Source: Octopus vulgaris
Lineage: Eukaryota
Length of the DNA: 64,000 bases
Assembly: GCA_951406725.2 (NCBI GenBank)
Contig: OX597818.1
Coordinates: 130,510,001 to 130,574,000, forward strand
Direction of reading: 5' to 3'
Shown piece by piece: positions 27,407 to 43,012 of the stretch (position 1 is the stretch's first letter; the number at the start of each line of letters is the position of its first letter). The position numbers and the translations under genes are program-made. The notes below the pieces were generated by a model. The model made no database searches, was not told where the DNA came from, and saw only the letters and a list, made by a program, of their open reading frames with translations.

Positions 27407-27799
27407 GGTATATGCATGCATGCAGGTCTGTGTGTGTGTGTGTGGTTGTGGCTGTGTATGTATGTGTGCGGCTGGACTTAGTGTTGATTAAGGTCGTAGG
27501 AAGAATTTTTAAAGAATATGGTGAATTCAAAGAAATAATAAAGTGTCTGGTGAAATTTCTTCAAATCCAATTCAATGTTCAAAAACAGAGTTAAATTTCG
27601 TATCTCTCATTTTTCTCAAATTAAATCTGATTAATTAAATAATGTACTATTATTCATCAGATTGAATTTTTTCCTTTTCCTTTTATTTCTTTCATATGTT
27701 TCAGTACAAAGGCTGTGGCCATGTTGGAGCACTACCAGAGTAATTACCTTTTCAATGGTCATTCTTATGCTTTTGGTGAAGAAGGGAGTTTGACACTTC

Positions 27800-28072
27800 T
27801 CCCTTCTTCTGAGTTTCTTGCAATGACTGGAACCTTCGACCGCAGGAAGTCAAGCTGTTTGTAGAAAACATCTACCCCTACTCAATGAAGATCCCTCAGA
27901 TATTTTGGCATGGCATTAAACAGCTGTGGGCCCTTGAATTCCAAGCTATTGCAGTACATGTCCCTCAATCTAAACGGGATAGCTGGGACATTTGGAACAA
28001 TACAGTGGTGTCCAATTTGGGGGTTAGTATAACTCTTGAGGCCAAAGTTCTCCTGGGAGTAGAGTCATACAT
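27800..28072 (-). mobile_element. CR1/L2-like LINE ORF2 3' fragment
   Basis: NFGLKSYTNPQIGHHCIVPNVP..YCNSLEFKGPQLFNAMPKYLRDLH..VDVFYKQLD resembles the C-terminal 'GP.LFN.LP..R..FK..LD' region. Confidence 0.6.
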
Positions 28073-28133
28073 ATTTATCTGACATACATCAGTCTCACAT
28101 GTCATTAAAAGAAATTTATCTTAATTCTTAAAT

Positions 28134-28636
28134 GTGACTGAGTGGTAAGAAGCTTGCTTCCCAACTACATGGTTCCAGGTTCAATTCCCACTGAGTGGTA
28201 CTTTGGGAAAATGCCTTTTACTATAGCCTCAGGCTGACCTAAGCCTTGTGAGTGTATTTGATAGACAGAAACTGAAAGAAGCCCATCATATATACATACA
28301 TATATAAATATCCTGTGCTGGTGGCACGTAAAAAGCACCATCCAAATGTGGCCGATGCCAGCGCTGCCTTCACTGGCTTATGTGCCGGTGGGACGTAAAA
28401 AGCACAAACCGATCGTGGCCACTGCCAGACTCCCCTGGCACCTGTGCCGGTGGCACGTAAAAAGCACCCACTACACTCACGGAGTGGTTGGCGTTAGGAA
28501 GGGCATCCAGATGTAGAAACACTGCCAGATCAGACTGGAGCCTGGTGCAGCCTCCTGGCTTCCCAGACCCTGGTCGAACTGTCCAACCTGTGCTAGCATG
28601 GAAAGCGGACGCTAAACGATGATGATGATGATGATG

Positions 28637-28668
<32 letters not shown>

Positions 28669-28935
28669 ATGTATGTATGTATGTATGCATGTATATATTT
28701 ATGTGCATGTGTCTTTGTATCTATGTTGCTTCCCCACCATCGCTTGACAACTAATGTTGGTGTGTTTACATCCCTGTAACTTAGCAGTGCAAAAGTGATC
28801 GAAAGAATAAGTCCCAGGCTTTTAGAAAAAAAAAACCCAAAATACTGGAGTTGATTCATTCAACTAAAATGAAATTTTCCAAGGTGGTGCCCCAGCATGG
28901 CCACAGTCTAAAGACTGAAACAAGTAAAGGATAAG
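28134..28935 (+). mobile_element. Family A SINE interrupted by an RTE tail (28313-28637)
   Basis: SINE 5' half, RTE tail with (GAT)n, then SINE 3' half. Confidence 0.82.
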
Positions 28936-29390
28936 AAATAATTCAATAAAAATGTCATATTAGATGTATAAGACTTTGAAAGCTTCTTTTTTCTGTGAAT
29001 GATAATGAAGAATCATGTGGCTGTGTGGTAAGAAGTTTGCTTCCCAACCACATGGTTCCAGGTTCAGTTCCACTGCATGACATCTTGGGCAAGTGTGTTC
29101 TACCACAGCCTCGGGCCAGCCAAAGCGTTGTGAGTGGATTTCATAGCTGGAAACTGAAAGATGTATATATCTATTTATGTGAGTATGTATCTATTTATGT
29201 TTGTATGTATCTATTTATGTGTGTATGTATCTATTTACGTGTGTATGTATCTATTTATGTGTGTATGTATCTATTTATGTGTGTATGTGTCTGTGTTTGT
29301 TCGCTGCATGACAATTAGTTTTGTTGTGTTTACATCCCCATAACAAAGCATTTCAGCCTAAGAGAAAGATAGAATAAGTGCTAGGCTTAA

Positions 29391-29611
29391 CCCTTTCGTT
29401 ACCAACCCGGCTGAAACCGTCTCTGGCTCTGAGTACAAATGTCTTGTTTTCATAAGTTTTGAATTAAAATCTTCCACCAAACCTTAGTCGTACTTTATGT
29501 TCCTAACACCAGCTTAATGATAACGAAGTTATTTTACAAAATTCTTTGTCATATCTAAAATAATTGAGAGAAACTCAGAGCATCCCAAAATAAATACAGT
29601 AACGAAAAGGG
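29391..29611. mobile_element. piggyBac-type MITE inside a family A SINE (29015-29712)
   Basis: TTAA|CCCTTTCGTTAC...GTAACGAAAAGGG|TTAA; removing it restores the SINE tail ctaggcttaa-gaaataagtcctgggg. Confidence 0.92.
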
Positions 29612-30194
29612 TTAAGAAATAAGTCCTGGGGCTGGTTTGTTTGACTAAAACCCTCTAAGGCGGTGCTCCAGCATGGCCACAGTCAAATGACTGAAACAAG
29701 TAAAAGGATAAACAAAATAAAAGAGAAACTCACTATTTTGTTCATTCATTGAAAAATCATACAAGAAATAAAAGTAGTTGTTATTCACTCTTATGGAATT
29801 ATGCACTGATAAAATGTACAACGATGAGTGCAGTTTGTAATTACAGCGAGAAGACAATTTTGACATTCAGTGCAACATCTAATCATTTAAGAGTTAATTA
29901 ATATGCAAATTTTTCTGAAGTATAACATCCAAGCAAAAATGATGTTACAAGCCCATAGTTGCTTAGTTCTTGATAAGCCCTGATCCAGCAGACTTATGGT
30001 AAAAAATCATTCCAACTCTAGCCATTTAGATAATGTATTTAGGACTATATTTTCTAATGTGTTCCTTCTTTTTGAAGACAATAGGGTGCAGTTTGAGAGA
30101 GATTTGGCTGTTTTTTCTAGCATGTCCAGTGACCACATACACACTCCTTAGTCAGATCATCGAATTCAGTTAAATGAAATAAATGGTGATATGG

Positions 30195-30530
30195 TGACCC
30201 CCTTCGGTCAGACACTGGCCATGGGTTTGCACCTAGAGAGTTGCCCTCTGAGGCACAAGTCTGGGCAAGGTTGTTTTTTTTTTATGGAAGACCAGCAGTC
30301 ACCCATGCATACCGGCCTCCTCTCTCCACATCACCGATGTTGTCCAAGGGAAAGGCAAGGGCCGATACAGCTTGGCACCTGTGACGTCGCAACTCATTTC
30401 TACAGCTGAGTGAACTGGAGCAACGTGAAATAAAGTGTCTTGCTCAAGAACACAACACGCAGCCCGGTCCGGGATTCGAGCTCACAACCTCACGATCGTA
30501 AGCTCAACGCTCTAACCACTGAGCCACATG
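30195..30530 (-). mobile_element. SINE, head D + tail Z
   Basis: Homologous to 4540-4877. Confidence 0.9.
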
Positions 30531-30614
30531 CAATATAATACAATATGATATAATATGATATGGAATAAACCAGCTGCCAGGCATCTACCATACTCAGAAC
30601 ATCTTATATGTGTA

Positions 30615-31000
30615 TCAGCTTGCTTTCCAATCACATGGTTCCGAGTTCAATCTCCCTGCGTGGCACCTTTGGCAAGTGTTTTATACTATAGCCTTGCGCT
30701 GACCAAAATGTTATGAATGGATTTGATAGATGGAAACTGTAAGAATCCTGTTGTAAATATGTATATATGTGTGTGTGTTTGTGCTTGTGTTTGCCCCCCA
30801 CCACCATAGCTTACGTCTGGCACGTAAAAAGCAACCACTACACTCACGGAGTGGTTGGCGTTAGGCAGGGCATCCAGCCGCAGAAACATTGCCAGATCAG
30901 ACTGGGCCTGGTGCAGCCTTCTGGCTTCCCAGACTCCAGTTACACTGTCCAACCCATGCCAGCATGGAAAGCGGACACTAAACGATGATGATGATGATGA
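30615..31000 (+). mobile_element. Family A SINE 5' half followed by an RTE tail (30815-31000)
   Basis: Homology to the other copies in the window. Confidence 0.8.
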
Positions 31001-31090
31001 TTGGGATTTCATTAAAAAATCATGTTTGTTTAGAAGTATCTATATATATATACACAGAAAGGTATCAGTTCAAAAACAGTCATATTTGGT

Positions 31091-31136
<46 letters not shown>

Positions 31137-31212
31137 CACAGGAGATATATTTAGGAGTTTACAAAGAATTTGAGATGAAACTGACGTGTTTTAGCATTTT
31201 ACGGTTTGTGTG

Positions 31213-31248
<36 letters not shown>

Positions 31249-31253
<5 letters not shown>

Positions 31254-31486
31254 ATACAATAATATGTTACATTACTCGATAGTCAAGATAAAACTCTGAG
31301 TTTCAGATGCCGAAGTGGGAATCCACAACATCTCTTTGGTTATCTGGCTATTTGAAAACGCTATTTTTTCATAGCGTTTTCAAATAGCCAGATAACCAAA
31401 GAGATGTTGTGGATTCCCACTTCGGCATCTGAAACTCAGAGTTTTATCTTGACTATCGAGTAATGTAACATATTATTGTATAGATA
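31249..31486. repeat. Perfect inverted repeat, 116-bp arms, 6-nt loop
   Basis: 31249-31364 is the exact reverse complement of 31371-31486; loop tttttc. Confidence 0.97.
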
Positions 31487-32540
31487 AATTTCCTCTATTT
31501 ACATGATATCGAGGTCTCTTTCTTTCTTTTTTTATCTTACCGTTTTACCAATATATATATATATATATATATATATGTAAAGAGAGAGAGAGAGAGAGAC
31601 CCCAAACACACACACACCCACACATACACAAATGCCATCAAACTGAACAAGCATTTTAAATGGTAGAGCACAGGTTTCATGGATCGAGATTGGCATCAGG
31701 ATGGAGAAATAGCTGTGAAGCATTGAATGATAAATTGGGCTGAACAGACACAAGATTATGGTCAATTAACGAAGCACTGCAGCCATTTGACATGACATCA
31801 GAGAATGGGTGTAGGAGGCTGGATGGGGTAGTCCAGTAGAGGGAGGAAATGGTGTTTATGGTTGTTCAACTAATTGTGGTCAAAGGACAGCGCAGAAAAC
31901 AAAATAAAAATGAAATGAATTGGAATAAAAAAAATATGATTATACAGTTGATTTGTGGGGAGATAGAGGAGAGCAGGGGAGAGGTGTTGAATGGAAGAAT
32001 ATAGAGTGAGAGAGAGGAAATTACAGGAAGAGAGATAGAGAGTGAGTGAGAGTGAATGGGAGTGAGAGTGAGTGGGAGTGAGAGAACTGAGAGAGACAGG
32101 ACACAGGGGGTGGGGATTGAGGGAAAGTTGAAAAAGGAGGAAGAAATAGATATGGTTGAAGAAAGACATGGATGTAGAAAAGAGAGAAAGTGAAAGTGAA
32201 AGTTGGGTTGATTGAGAGAGAGAGAGAAAGAGAGAGAGAGGGAGAGCGAGAAAAAGGGAGAAAGAGAGAAAGGGAGAGGGAGGTGGGTTGAAAAAGATAC
32301 ATGAAGAGATAGATACAGAAAGAAGGAGAGAAGGAAAGGAAGAATGCAAACAAATGTAAGAAAACAAGGCAAAACAACAAAGAAAAAAAAATGTGCATAC
32401 ACACGGACAGAAGTTGTAATTGCAATAACAATAACTACAAGAACAACAACAACTACAGCAAAACAGCATGTTGTTACTCTGATGGTGATGACAACGACAA
32501 CAACAAAAATCAACAGAGGCAGCAACAGTACGGGGCGATG

Positions 32541-32589
<49 letters not shown>

Positions 32590-32673
32590 AAACAACAACA
32601 AGGATGTAAGTAAAAGAAATGTAAATTGATAATTGGAATGCAAAGAACGAAAAGTGTTCCAGAAAAGGGAGAA

Positions 32674-32706
<33 letters not shown>

Positions 32707-32839
32707 ATACAACAACATCAACGACAACAACAACGACTGCAGCAATAAAATAAATAAAAAAATAAACCCCAAACAAACAAACAAATGAAACAAAACAACA
32801 AAACAACGCAATGTTAACATTGATGAATGATTTTATGTA

Positions 32840-32901
32840 CATGTGTGTGTTAGTGTATGTGTGTGTATGTGTGTGTGTGTGTGTTAGTGTATGTGTGTGT
32901 G

Positions 32902-32944
<43 letters not shown>

Positions 32945-33088
32945 TAGTGTGTGTGTGTTAGTGTGTGTGTGTGTTAGTGTGTGTGTGTGTGTGTGTGTGT
33001 TATGTGTTAGTGTGTGTGTGTGTTTATGTGTTAGTGTGTGTGTGTGTGTGTGTTTATGTGTTAGTGTGTGTGTGTGTGTGTTTATGTG

Positions 33089-33119
<31 letters not shown>

Positions 33120-33440
33120 TAGTGTGTGTGTTAGTGTGTGTGTGTGTTAGTGTGTGTGTGTTTATGTGTTAGTGTGTGTGTGTGTGTGTTTATGTGTTTA
33201 TGTGTTAGTGTGTGTGTGTGTGTGTTTATGTGTTAGTGTGTGTGTGTGTGTGTTTATGTGTTAGTGTGTGTGTGTGTTTATGTGTTAGTGTGTGTGTGTG
33301 TGTGTGTTAGTGTGTGTGTGTGTGTGTTTATGTGTTTATGTGTTAGTGTGTGTGTGTGTGTGTTTATGTGTTAGTGTTAGTGTGTGTGTGTGTGTGTTTA
33401 TGTGTTAGTGTTAGTGTGTGTGTGTGTGTGTGTGTGTTTT
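32840..33440. repeat. (TG)n with periodic tta/ttag interruptions
   Basis: Direct inspection. Confidence 0.95.
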
Positions 33441-33614
33441 ACTGGCCAACAGGAAGTCTATTTGGTGGGGTGACAAGTATTGGCAGGAAAAACCCTGCTC
33501 AGATGTTGTGACACAGTAAATAGCCTTAAGTGTTCCCGAAGAAAGTTATGGAGAAGCAAGAAAATGGAAACAAGGAAACTGTCTTGTGTTGAAGGAGGAA
33601 GACCAATGCGAAAG

Positions 33615-33645
<31 letters not shown>

Positions 33646-33719
33646 CAGCAGCAGCAGCAGGGGGAGTTCCACCATTGCCACCACTGCCATTAGAATCTCT
33701 GTTATCTGTTGTCACTATT

Positions 33720-35200
33720 ATAATCACTGCCGCCACCACCACCCTAACAACAACAACAATAATGATGACCACCACCACCACCATTACCATTACCACCACC
33801 ACTGTCATCACTATCTCTACCACCACCACCACCACCACCACAACAATCACCATCACTACCACCACCACCACCACCATCACTGTCATCACCATCTCTACCA
33901 CCACCACTACCACCACCACCACCACCACCATCATTGTCATCACTATCTCTACCACCACCACAACTATCACTACTACCACCACCACTACCATCATCACCAC
34001 AACTATCACTATCTCTACCACCACCACAACAATCACCATCACCACCACCACCACCACCACCATCACCACCACTCTACCACCACCACTACCACCACCACCA
34101 CCACCATCATTGTCATCACTATCTCTACCACCACCACAACTATCACTACTACCACCACCACTACCATCATCACCACAACTATCACTATCTCTACCACCAC
34201 CACAACAATCACCATCACTACCACCACCACCACCACCATCACTGTCATCACCATCTCTACCACCACCACTACCACCACCACCACCACCACCATCATTGTC
34301 ATCACCACCACAACTATCACTACTACCACCACCACTACCATCATCACCACAACTATCACTATCTCTACCACCACCACAACAATCACCATCACCACCACCA
34401 CCACCACCACCACCACCACCATTACTGTCATCACTATCTCTACCACCACCACAACTATCACTACTACCACCACTACTACCATCATCACCACAACTATCAC
34501 TATTACAACCACCACCACAACAATCACCATCACCACCACCACCATCACTGTCATCACTATCTCTACCACCACCACAACTATCACTACTACCACCACCACC
34601 ACCACTGCCAAAACTATCTCTACTGCCACCGCCACAACTATCACTACTACCACTACCACCACTGCTGTCACTATCACTGCTACCACCACAACCACCACTA
34701 CCATCACTGCTATCATTATCACCCCCACTACCACCCCCACTATCACTATCACTACCACCACCACCACCACCACCACCACCACCACCACCACCACTACTAT
34801 CATCACCATCACTGCTATCACTATCACTACCACCGCCATTACCACCACTACCACAACAACTACTGCTATCACCACCACCACCACCACCACCACCACAACC
34901 ACTATCACCGCTATTGCTATCACCTTAATAACAATCATCATTGCTATCACCACCACTAACACCACATCCAGCACTACTTTTGCCACTTCAGTCTCTACCA
35001 CAATAATCACCGCCTCAACCACATTAATCACTACTATAACCACCACTACCACCATTACCATTGCCACCATTGTTACCAGCATAATCATTACCACAACACT
35101 ACAGCCGCTATTAACACCACTACAAATGACAAACACCGCCACCACCACCAATGCTATCACCACTATAATTAACATCACCACTACCACCATCACATCCACC
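33720..35200. repeat. Cryptic (CAC/CAT/CTA)n repeat with higher-order units
   Basis: tgtcatcactatctctaccaccaccacaactatcactactacc recurs several times; explains the poly-T/P/H ORFs. Confidence 0.93.
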
Positions 35201-35690
35201 TAACAGCAACCCCTATTGCCACAATTATCATCACTTATACCTTAATCATACTCACACTGTGGTCACAACTAGCACCTGTACAACATCTGTATGAAAACCA
35301 GTAGTAGCAGTAGTAGTAGCAATACCAGTTGTAGCATCATCGCTTTTACTGCCCTTCACCAACTCCACCCTGATGAGAAATATAGCCAGAATCACCAGAA
35401 CTTTCTGAACAGCTCTACAGTTATTATCAGAGCCCTGATCATCACCACCATCATCATTATCCCCACCACCATCAGGTAGTCCCTACAGCCAATGAGGAAG
35501 TGGTTATGCTTGATATGCAGAAATGGAGTTAAGTAGGGCTCCATGCAGAGTACCCTATATAAATCAGGGTAGGTGGGTAGGTACAAGGGATGAAACAAGG
35601 TCAATACAGACTGATAGAGAACAAGGACTTTGCATGGAACAAATGCACAGATGTAAAGAGGAGTGGAAGGAAGAGAAGAAGAACAAGATG

Positions 35691-35738
<48 letters not shown>

Positions 35739-35748
35739 TAATTATAAT

Positions 35749-35789
<41 letters not shown>

Positions 35790-35799
35790 CAATAATAAA

Positions 35800-36330
35800 T
35801 GCCCAGACAGTGGCTCTCATGGCTTCTAATCTTAACTGATTGGAAGTGTCATTATGTACATTGTTTTGTCTTGGTATAAAAGATGGGCTACAGCAAACAT
35901 TCTGCTCAATACCAAAGATTTGCTTGTCAGTTGTTTGACCATAACCAGTTGAGCATGTTCCTTAGTGGCTGACGATATGTGCATCTCTAATCATGAGCAG
36001 AAGTAGTGGGGAACATCATAGCCATGTGTTGAGAGGGATTCTTTGGGGTTTTAATACTTCACCTCCGGAAACATGGGTGTTTCGTTCAACATCCTTAAGC
36101 AACCCTTATTCAGGGACCTTTTGAGCGGGATGGGTTACTTAATTCTAACTGGGCCCCACCTGCAAGGTCATGTGCTGTTTATCTTGATATGAGATCACCA
36201 TGTCGTGCACATATGGTCATGATGCATGTGCTTAGTGTACGCTTATCAGATGGGTAGTCATGATGGGTATACTGGGCTTCGTATATTTTACCCCAGTGTC
36301 ACTTTGATGGCATGCACTGCTCTCTCACTC
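35800..36330. mobile_element. Unclassified ~530-bp element between (TAA)n tracts
   Basis: Complex sequence bounded on both sides by (AAT)n; no convincing ORF; one copy only in this window. Confidence 0.45.
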
Positions 36331-36366
<36 letters not shown>

Positions 36367-36689
36367 TGTTATTCAAATTTTTGCCACAAAGGGGAGATGG
36401 GGATGAGTTGGTTACATCAATTCCAGTGTTCAATCAACTTATGTTCAACTGGTATTTATTTAATTGACCCCGAATGGATGAAAGGCAAAGTTGATCTCAG
36501 CAGAATTTGAACTTAGAATGTGAATATGGATGAAATGCCACAAAACCCAGCATGCTAACAATTCTGCCAGCTCACCACCTTAATAATAAGAAGAATGATA
36601 ATAATAATAATCCTTTCTACTATAGGCACAAGGGCTGAAATTTTGGGTTGAGGGCTAGTCAATTACAACAACTCCAGCACTCAATAATT

Positions 36690-37235
36690 CATCAGTGGCT
36701 GAAAAGTTGAGGACTGAAAGTAGAGACTGATGGATTCATATTGACAGCACAAGACACAAGATCAAAGCTTGCTTATAAAAAAAACTACCAGGCTAACGTT
36801 CTTCAAAATGATTCTCATCTCGGTATGTCCTGTGTTGACACCAAATGAATACAAAAATCACCACAATAGGGTAGGACAGTATTTGCATTAGAAAATATTT
36901 AAACACTACAAAATCAGTATTCCTGCTTACTGGTATGAACATCATCCTGACCAGTTGTTGAAGGTAAAAATGTCACTATCCTCTGGGATTTTCCAGTCAA
37001 CACTGACAAAACAATCCAGGCTAATTGACTACATGTAATTATTAAAAACAGGGAAGACTAATAGATGTAAGTATTTCCACATTATATCTGTAAAAGAATT
37101 TGACAAATTAAGTAAATATAAGGACCTGGAAATTGAAGTACAACAGATGTGGCATCTTAAAGCGAGAACTGTTCCTGTTATTGTGGGTGCTCTAGGTATG
37201 ATAAAAAAATGGATGGGAGAAACATCTACATGAGA
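36690..37235 (+). mobile_element. R4/Dong-like LINE fragment (RLE region)
   Basis: QWLKS*GLKVETDGFILTAQD..WYEHHP..EGKNVTILWDFPVNTDKTIQAN..ISVKEFDKLSKYKDLEIEVQQMWHLKARTVPVIVGALGMIKK. Confidence 0.8.
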
Positions 37236-37455
37236 TCTCCTGTACAGCTGCTGCAAGCAAAGTTTATAAAATGAATTCTCCCTTTATTTCTCAGCCCATC
37301 TTTATAAACATATCACCCATGTGTAATTACAGCACTAACATTACATGTCCAACAAAGCATATTTGTTTAATTTTTCTCCAACCTTTGCACACTGTCCATG
37401 TCCAATGCCCATGTTTCCCACCATGTAGCATCATACTGCTGCATGGTAATGAGCA

Positions 37456-37504
<49 letters not shown>

Positions 37505-37899
37505 GCTGCTGCTGCTACTGCTGCTGCTGCTAGAGAAATCACTACACAATTGTCATTGACTCCTTTCCATATTGGAAATGAGCCAATGAGGGAACCTCTA
37601 TGTAGTCATTCAGCCAGCTAGAGCTAGAAATAGCAGTCAAATCTTTCACAAATTATATATGTCTGTCTTGGGGAAAGAAAGAAAAGGACTCATTGGATAA
37701 TGTAGTCTGATGGTATCCCTGCTAAAGAAAGACAAACTAGTTAATGCTAGAATGTCTTTCATCCTACATCTTCTCCATCTGGGCTGACCAGAAGTTAAAC
37801 AACAATAACAACAACATTATGGAAGACACCCAACCAATACAGCCAGTGTCTTTATGCTGCTCAGCTCTTATTGAGCAAACATATGGTTGGTTAGAGTGA

Positions 37900-39200
<1,301 letters not shown>

Positions 39201-39349
39201 GGTGAGAGTAGGGGAGAGATGATGGTAGTGAACTCAGGCACTGAATTGAAGCTGATGGTCATTGGGGACATTAGCTGTCTGTTTATCTTTCATTATATAT
39301 GGTCAAATATTTCAAGGAATCATGTCACTGAATCATCATCATATCTATG

Positions 39350-39408
<59 letters not shown>

Positions 39409-39759
39409 ATAAATACATATACACACACATACATATGCATAGACATATATACACACATACATACATACATATATATATATATATACACATGCATATATTT
39501 GTTTATAAATGTATGAGAGAGCGTGCTATATATGTGTGTGTAGAGAGGGAGAGGGAGAGAGAGAGAGATGTGTGTGTGTGTGTGTGTGTGTGTATAGAGG
39601 TGTGTGTGTGTCTGTTCAGCGTGGATGTCTAAGTATATAAATTGTATGTAAACACAGCGCACATGCGCATATAATCACTGACACGCATGCATAAATGTTT
39701 TCATGTGCATGCATGCATGTGTTTGTGTATGTATATGCATATCTATCTATATATATATA

Positions 39760-40300
<541 letters not shown>

Positions 40301-40757
40301 ATATGTAAATGTATGTCTATAATTATGTATGTGTATATATAATGCGTATAATATTCCCAGTCCCACAGCTGGCAATGCTACATATACAGTGTGTGTGTGT
40401 GTGTGCATGTCCATACATATATAATAATGATATATGTATATAATGTGCAAACATTATAAAACAAAGTTGACACACACACACACACAAACACACACATATA
40501 CACAAGCATACACACACACACACTCTGCTGATATAATGCAATAAACAGCATAAATGAAATAAGGGATACAGCTGCCTTCTCCCCTAAAGGACAATGAAAA
40601 TTACTTGTAGAGAACACTGCCATTAGGAGCACCTAACTCTACTACTCTTATGACCACCACCACCACCACCACCACCATCATAACCACCACCACCACCACC
40701 ACCATCATAACAACCACCACCACCACCACCACCACCACCACCACCATCATAACCAGC

Positions 40758-40788
<31 letters not shown>

Positions 40789-41207
40789 CCACCACCATCA
40801 CCACCACCACCACCACCACCACCACCACCACCACCACCACCAGCACCAGCATCACCACCATTATTGAAAACTCACACAATAGAAACAATATCATCACCAC
40901 AACCAATGTTATGGCCTATGAAAGTACTGCCAACCATGTCCATCACAACCGCCAAAGCAACAAAATCTATTTAGAATAATATAAAAAAGGTAAACCAACA
41001 CTGGAAGTTGTTGTTGCTATAATTGCTGTCATTGGGAAGTGGAATGGCGGAATCATTAGGGCAACTGAAAAAAAATGTGGCGTGTAGGATTTGTTCTACT
41101 TCCTTCTGATCAGGGTTCATATCTCAATTAGGGTCATCCTTGTCTTTTATCCTCTCAGGGTTGATGAAATGAAATACCAGCCAAGTACTGAATCCTATGT
41201 TACCATA

Positions 41208-41598
41208 GGCGCAGGAGTGGCTATGTATAGGTGCAGGAGTGGCTATGTGGTAAGTAGCTTGCTAACCAACCACATGGTTCCGGGTTCAGTCCCACTGCGT
41301 GGCACCTTGGGCAAGTGTCTTCTACTATAGCCTCGGGCCGACCAAAGCCTTGTGAGTGGATTTGGTAGACGGAAACTGAAAAAGGCCTGTCGTATATATG
41401 TATATATATATATATATATGTATGTGTTTGTGTATTTGTGTTTACGTCCCCGTTACTTAGCGGTTCGACAAAAGAGACCGATAGAATAAGTACTGGGCTT
41501 ACAAAGAATAAGCCCCGGGGTCGATTTGCTCAGCTAAAGGTGGTGCTCAAGCATGGCCGCAGTCAAATAACTGAAACAAGTAAAAGAGTAAAAGAGTA
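41208..41598 (+). mobile_element. SINE family A
   Basis: Duplicated head (ggcgcaggagtggctatg x2), (taaaagag)n tail; inserted in an older family B copy. Confidence 0.9.
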
Positions 41599-41795
41599 AC
41601 TAGTCCCAAACTCTTAAAATTTCTGGTTTTGTGCTCTCACTAGAAATAATATTTGCTGCTGTTGTTGTTGTTGCTTCATCTGAGTTTGAACCCTCATCCA
41701 GTAGATTTATGATTAATGGTGTTCAAATAGTGATCATTGTATCTTATTTATTTATTAATATCGTTTTTTTTTTTTGGTCTTACTATTTTAAAGAT

Positions 41796-42200
41796 TACTC
41801 TTTAACTTGTTTCAGTCATTTGACTGCGGCCATACTGGAGCACCGCCTTTTAGTCGAGCAAATCGACCCCGGGACTTATTCTTTTGTAAGCCCGGTACTT
41901 TTTCTATCAGTCTCTTTTGCTGAACCGCTAAGTGACGGGGATGTAAACACACCAGCAGCGGTTGTCAAGCAATGCTAGGGTGACAAACACAGACACACAA
42001 ACATATACACACACACATATATATATACATATATACAACAGGCTTCTTTCAGTTTCCGTCTACCAAATCCACTCACAAGGCATTGGTCGGCCCGGGGCTA
42101 TAGCAGAAGACACTTGCCCAAGATGCCACGCGGTGGGACTGAACCCGGAACCATGTGGTTGGTTAGCAAGCTACTTACCACACAGCCACTCCTGCGCCTA
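41796..42200 (-). mobile_element. SINE family A
   Basis: Full-length, inverted relative to 41208-41598. Confidence 0.92.
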
Positions 42201-42427
42201 TTAGTTTATTTAATATGTTGTTCCTGATGTTTTTCCTTTTTAAGACGGTTGGCTGTGATTTGAAGAATCCCTCAGAAGAGGCTCAAGTTAAGCAACATGA
42301 ATTGGTTTGATAAACACGGCTGGAAAAAATCTTAAGACCAGTGAAAAGAACTACAGAAATGAACTCCTTTCTGATCAATATATTCAAATATTTTAAAGTA
42401 TAGATTCATAATAGGCAAATAGAAAAG

Positions 42428-42969
42428 GATATATGAAAACCTAAAGAAATATTTAACATAGGCGTTGAGCTGGCAGAAACGTTAGCATGCTGAGCGAAAT
42501 GCTAAGCTGTATTTCGTCTGCTGTTACGTACTGAGTTCAAATTCCACCGAGGTTGACTTTGCCTTTCATCCTTTCGGGGTCGGTAAATTAAGTACCAGTT
42601 ACGCATTGGGGTCGATGTAATCGACTTAATCCCTTTGTCTGTCCTAGTTTGTCCCCTCTATGTTTAGCCCCTTGTGGGCAATAAAGAAACAGATATATGA
42701 AAACCTAAAGAAATATTTAACATAGGCGTTGAGCTGGCAGAAACGTTAGCATGCTGAGCGAAATGCTAAGCTGTATTTTGTCTGCCGTTACATTCTGAGT
42801 TCAAATTTCACCGAGGTTGACTTTGCCTTTCATCCTTTCGGGGTCGGTAAATGAAGTACCAGTTACGCACTGTGGTCGATGTAATCGACTTAATCCCTTT
42901 GTCCGTCTTTGTTTGTCTCGTCTATGTTTAGCCCCTTGTGGGTAATAAACAAATAAGAAATATTTAACA
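42428..42969 (+). repeat. 264-bp tandem duplication of a family B SINE plus 5' flank
   Basis: gatatatgaaaacctaaagaaatatttaacataggcgttgagc at 42428 and 42692. Confidence 0.9.
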
Positions 42970-43012
42970 ATTAATGCATAAAATATGTTACACACATGTA
43001 TATATATATATA

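Noticed and set aside
35418-35440. CTGATGA followed by GAAA as a hammerhead
   Set aside because: No room for stem II and no matching stem I or III
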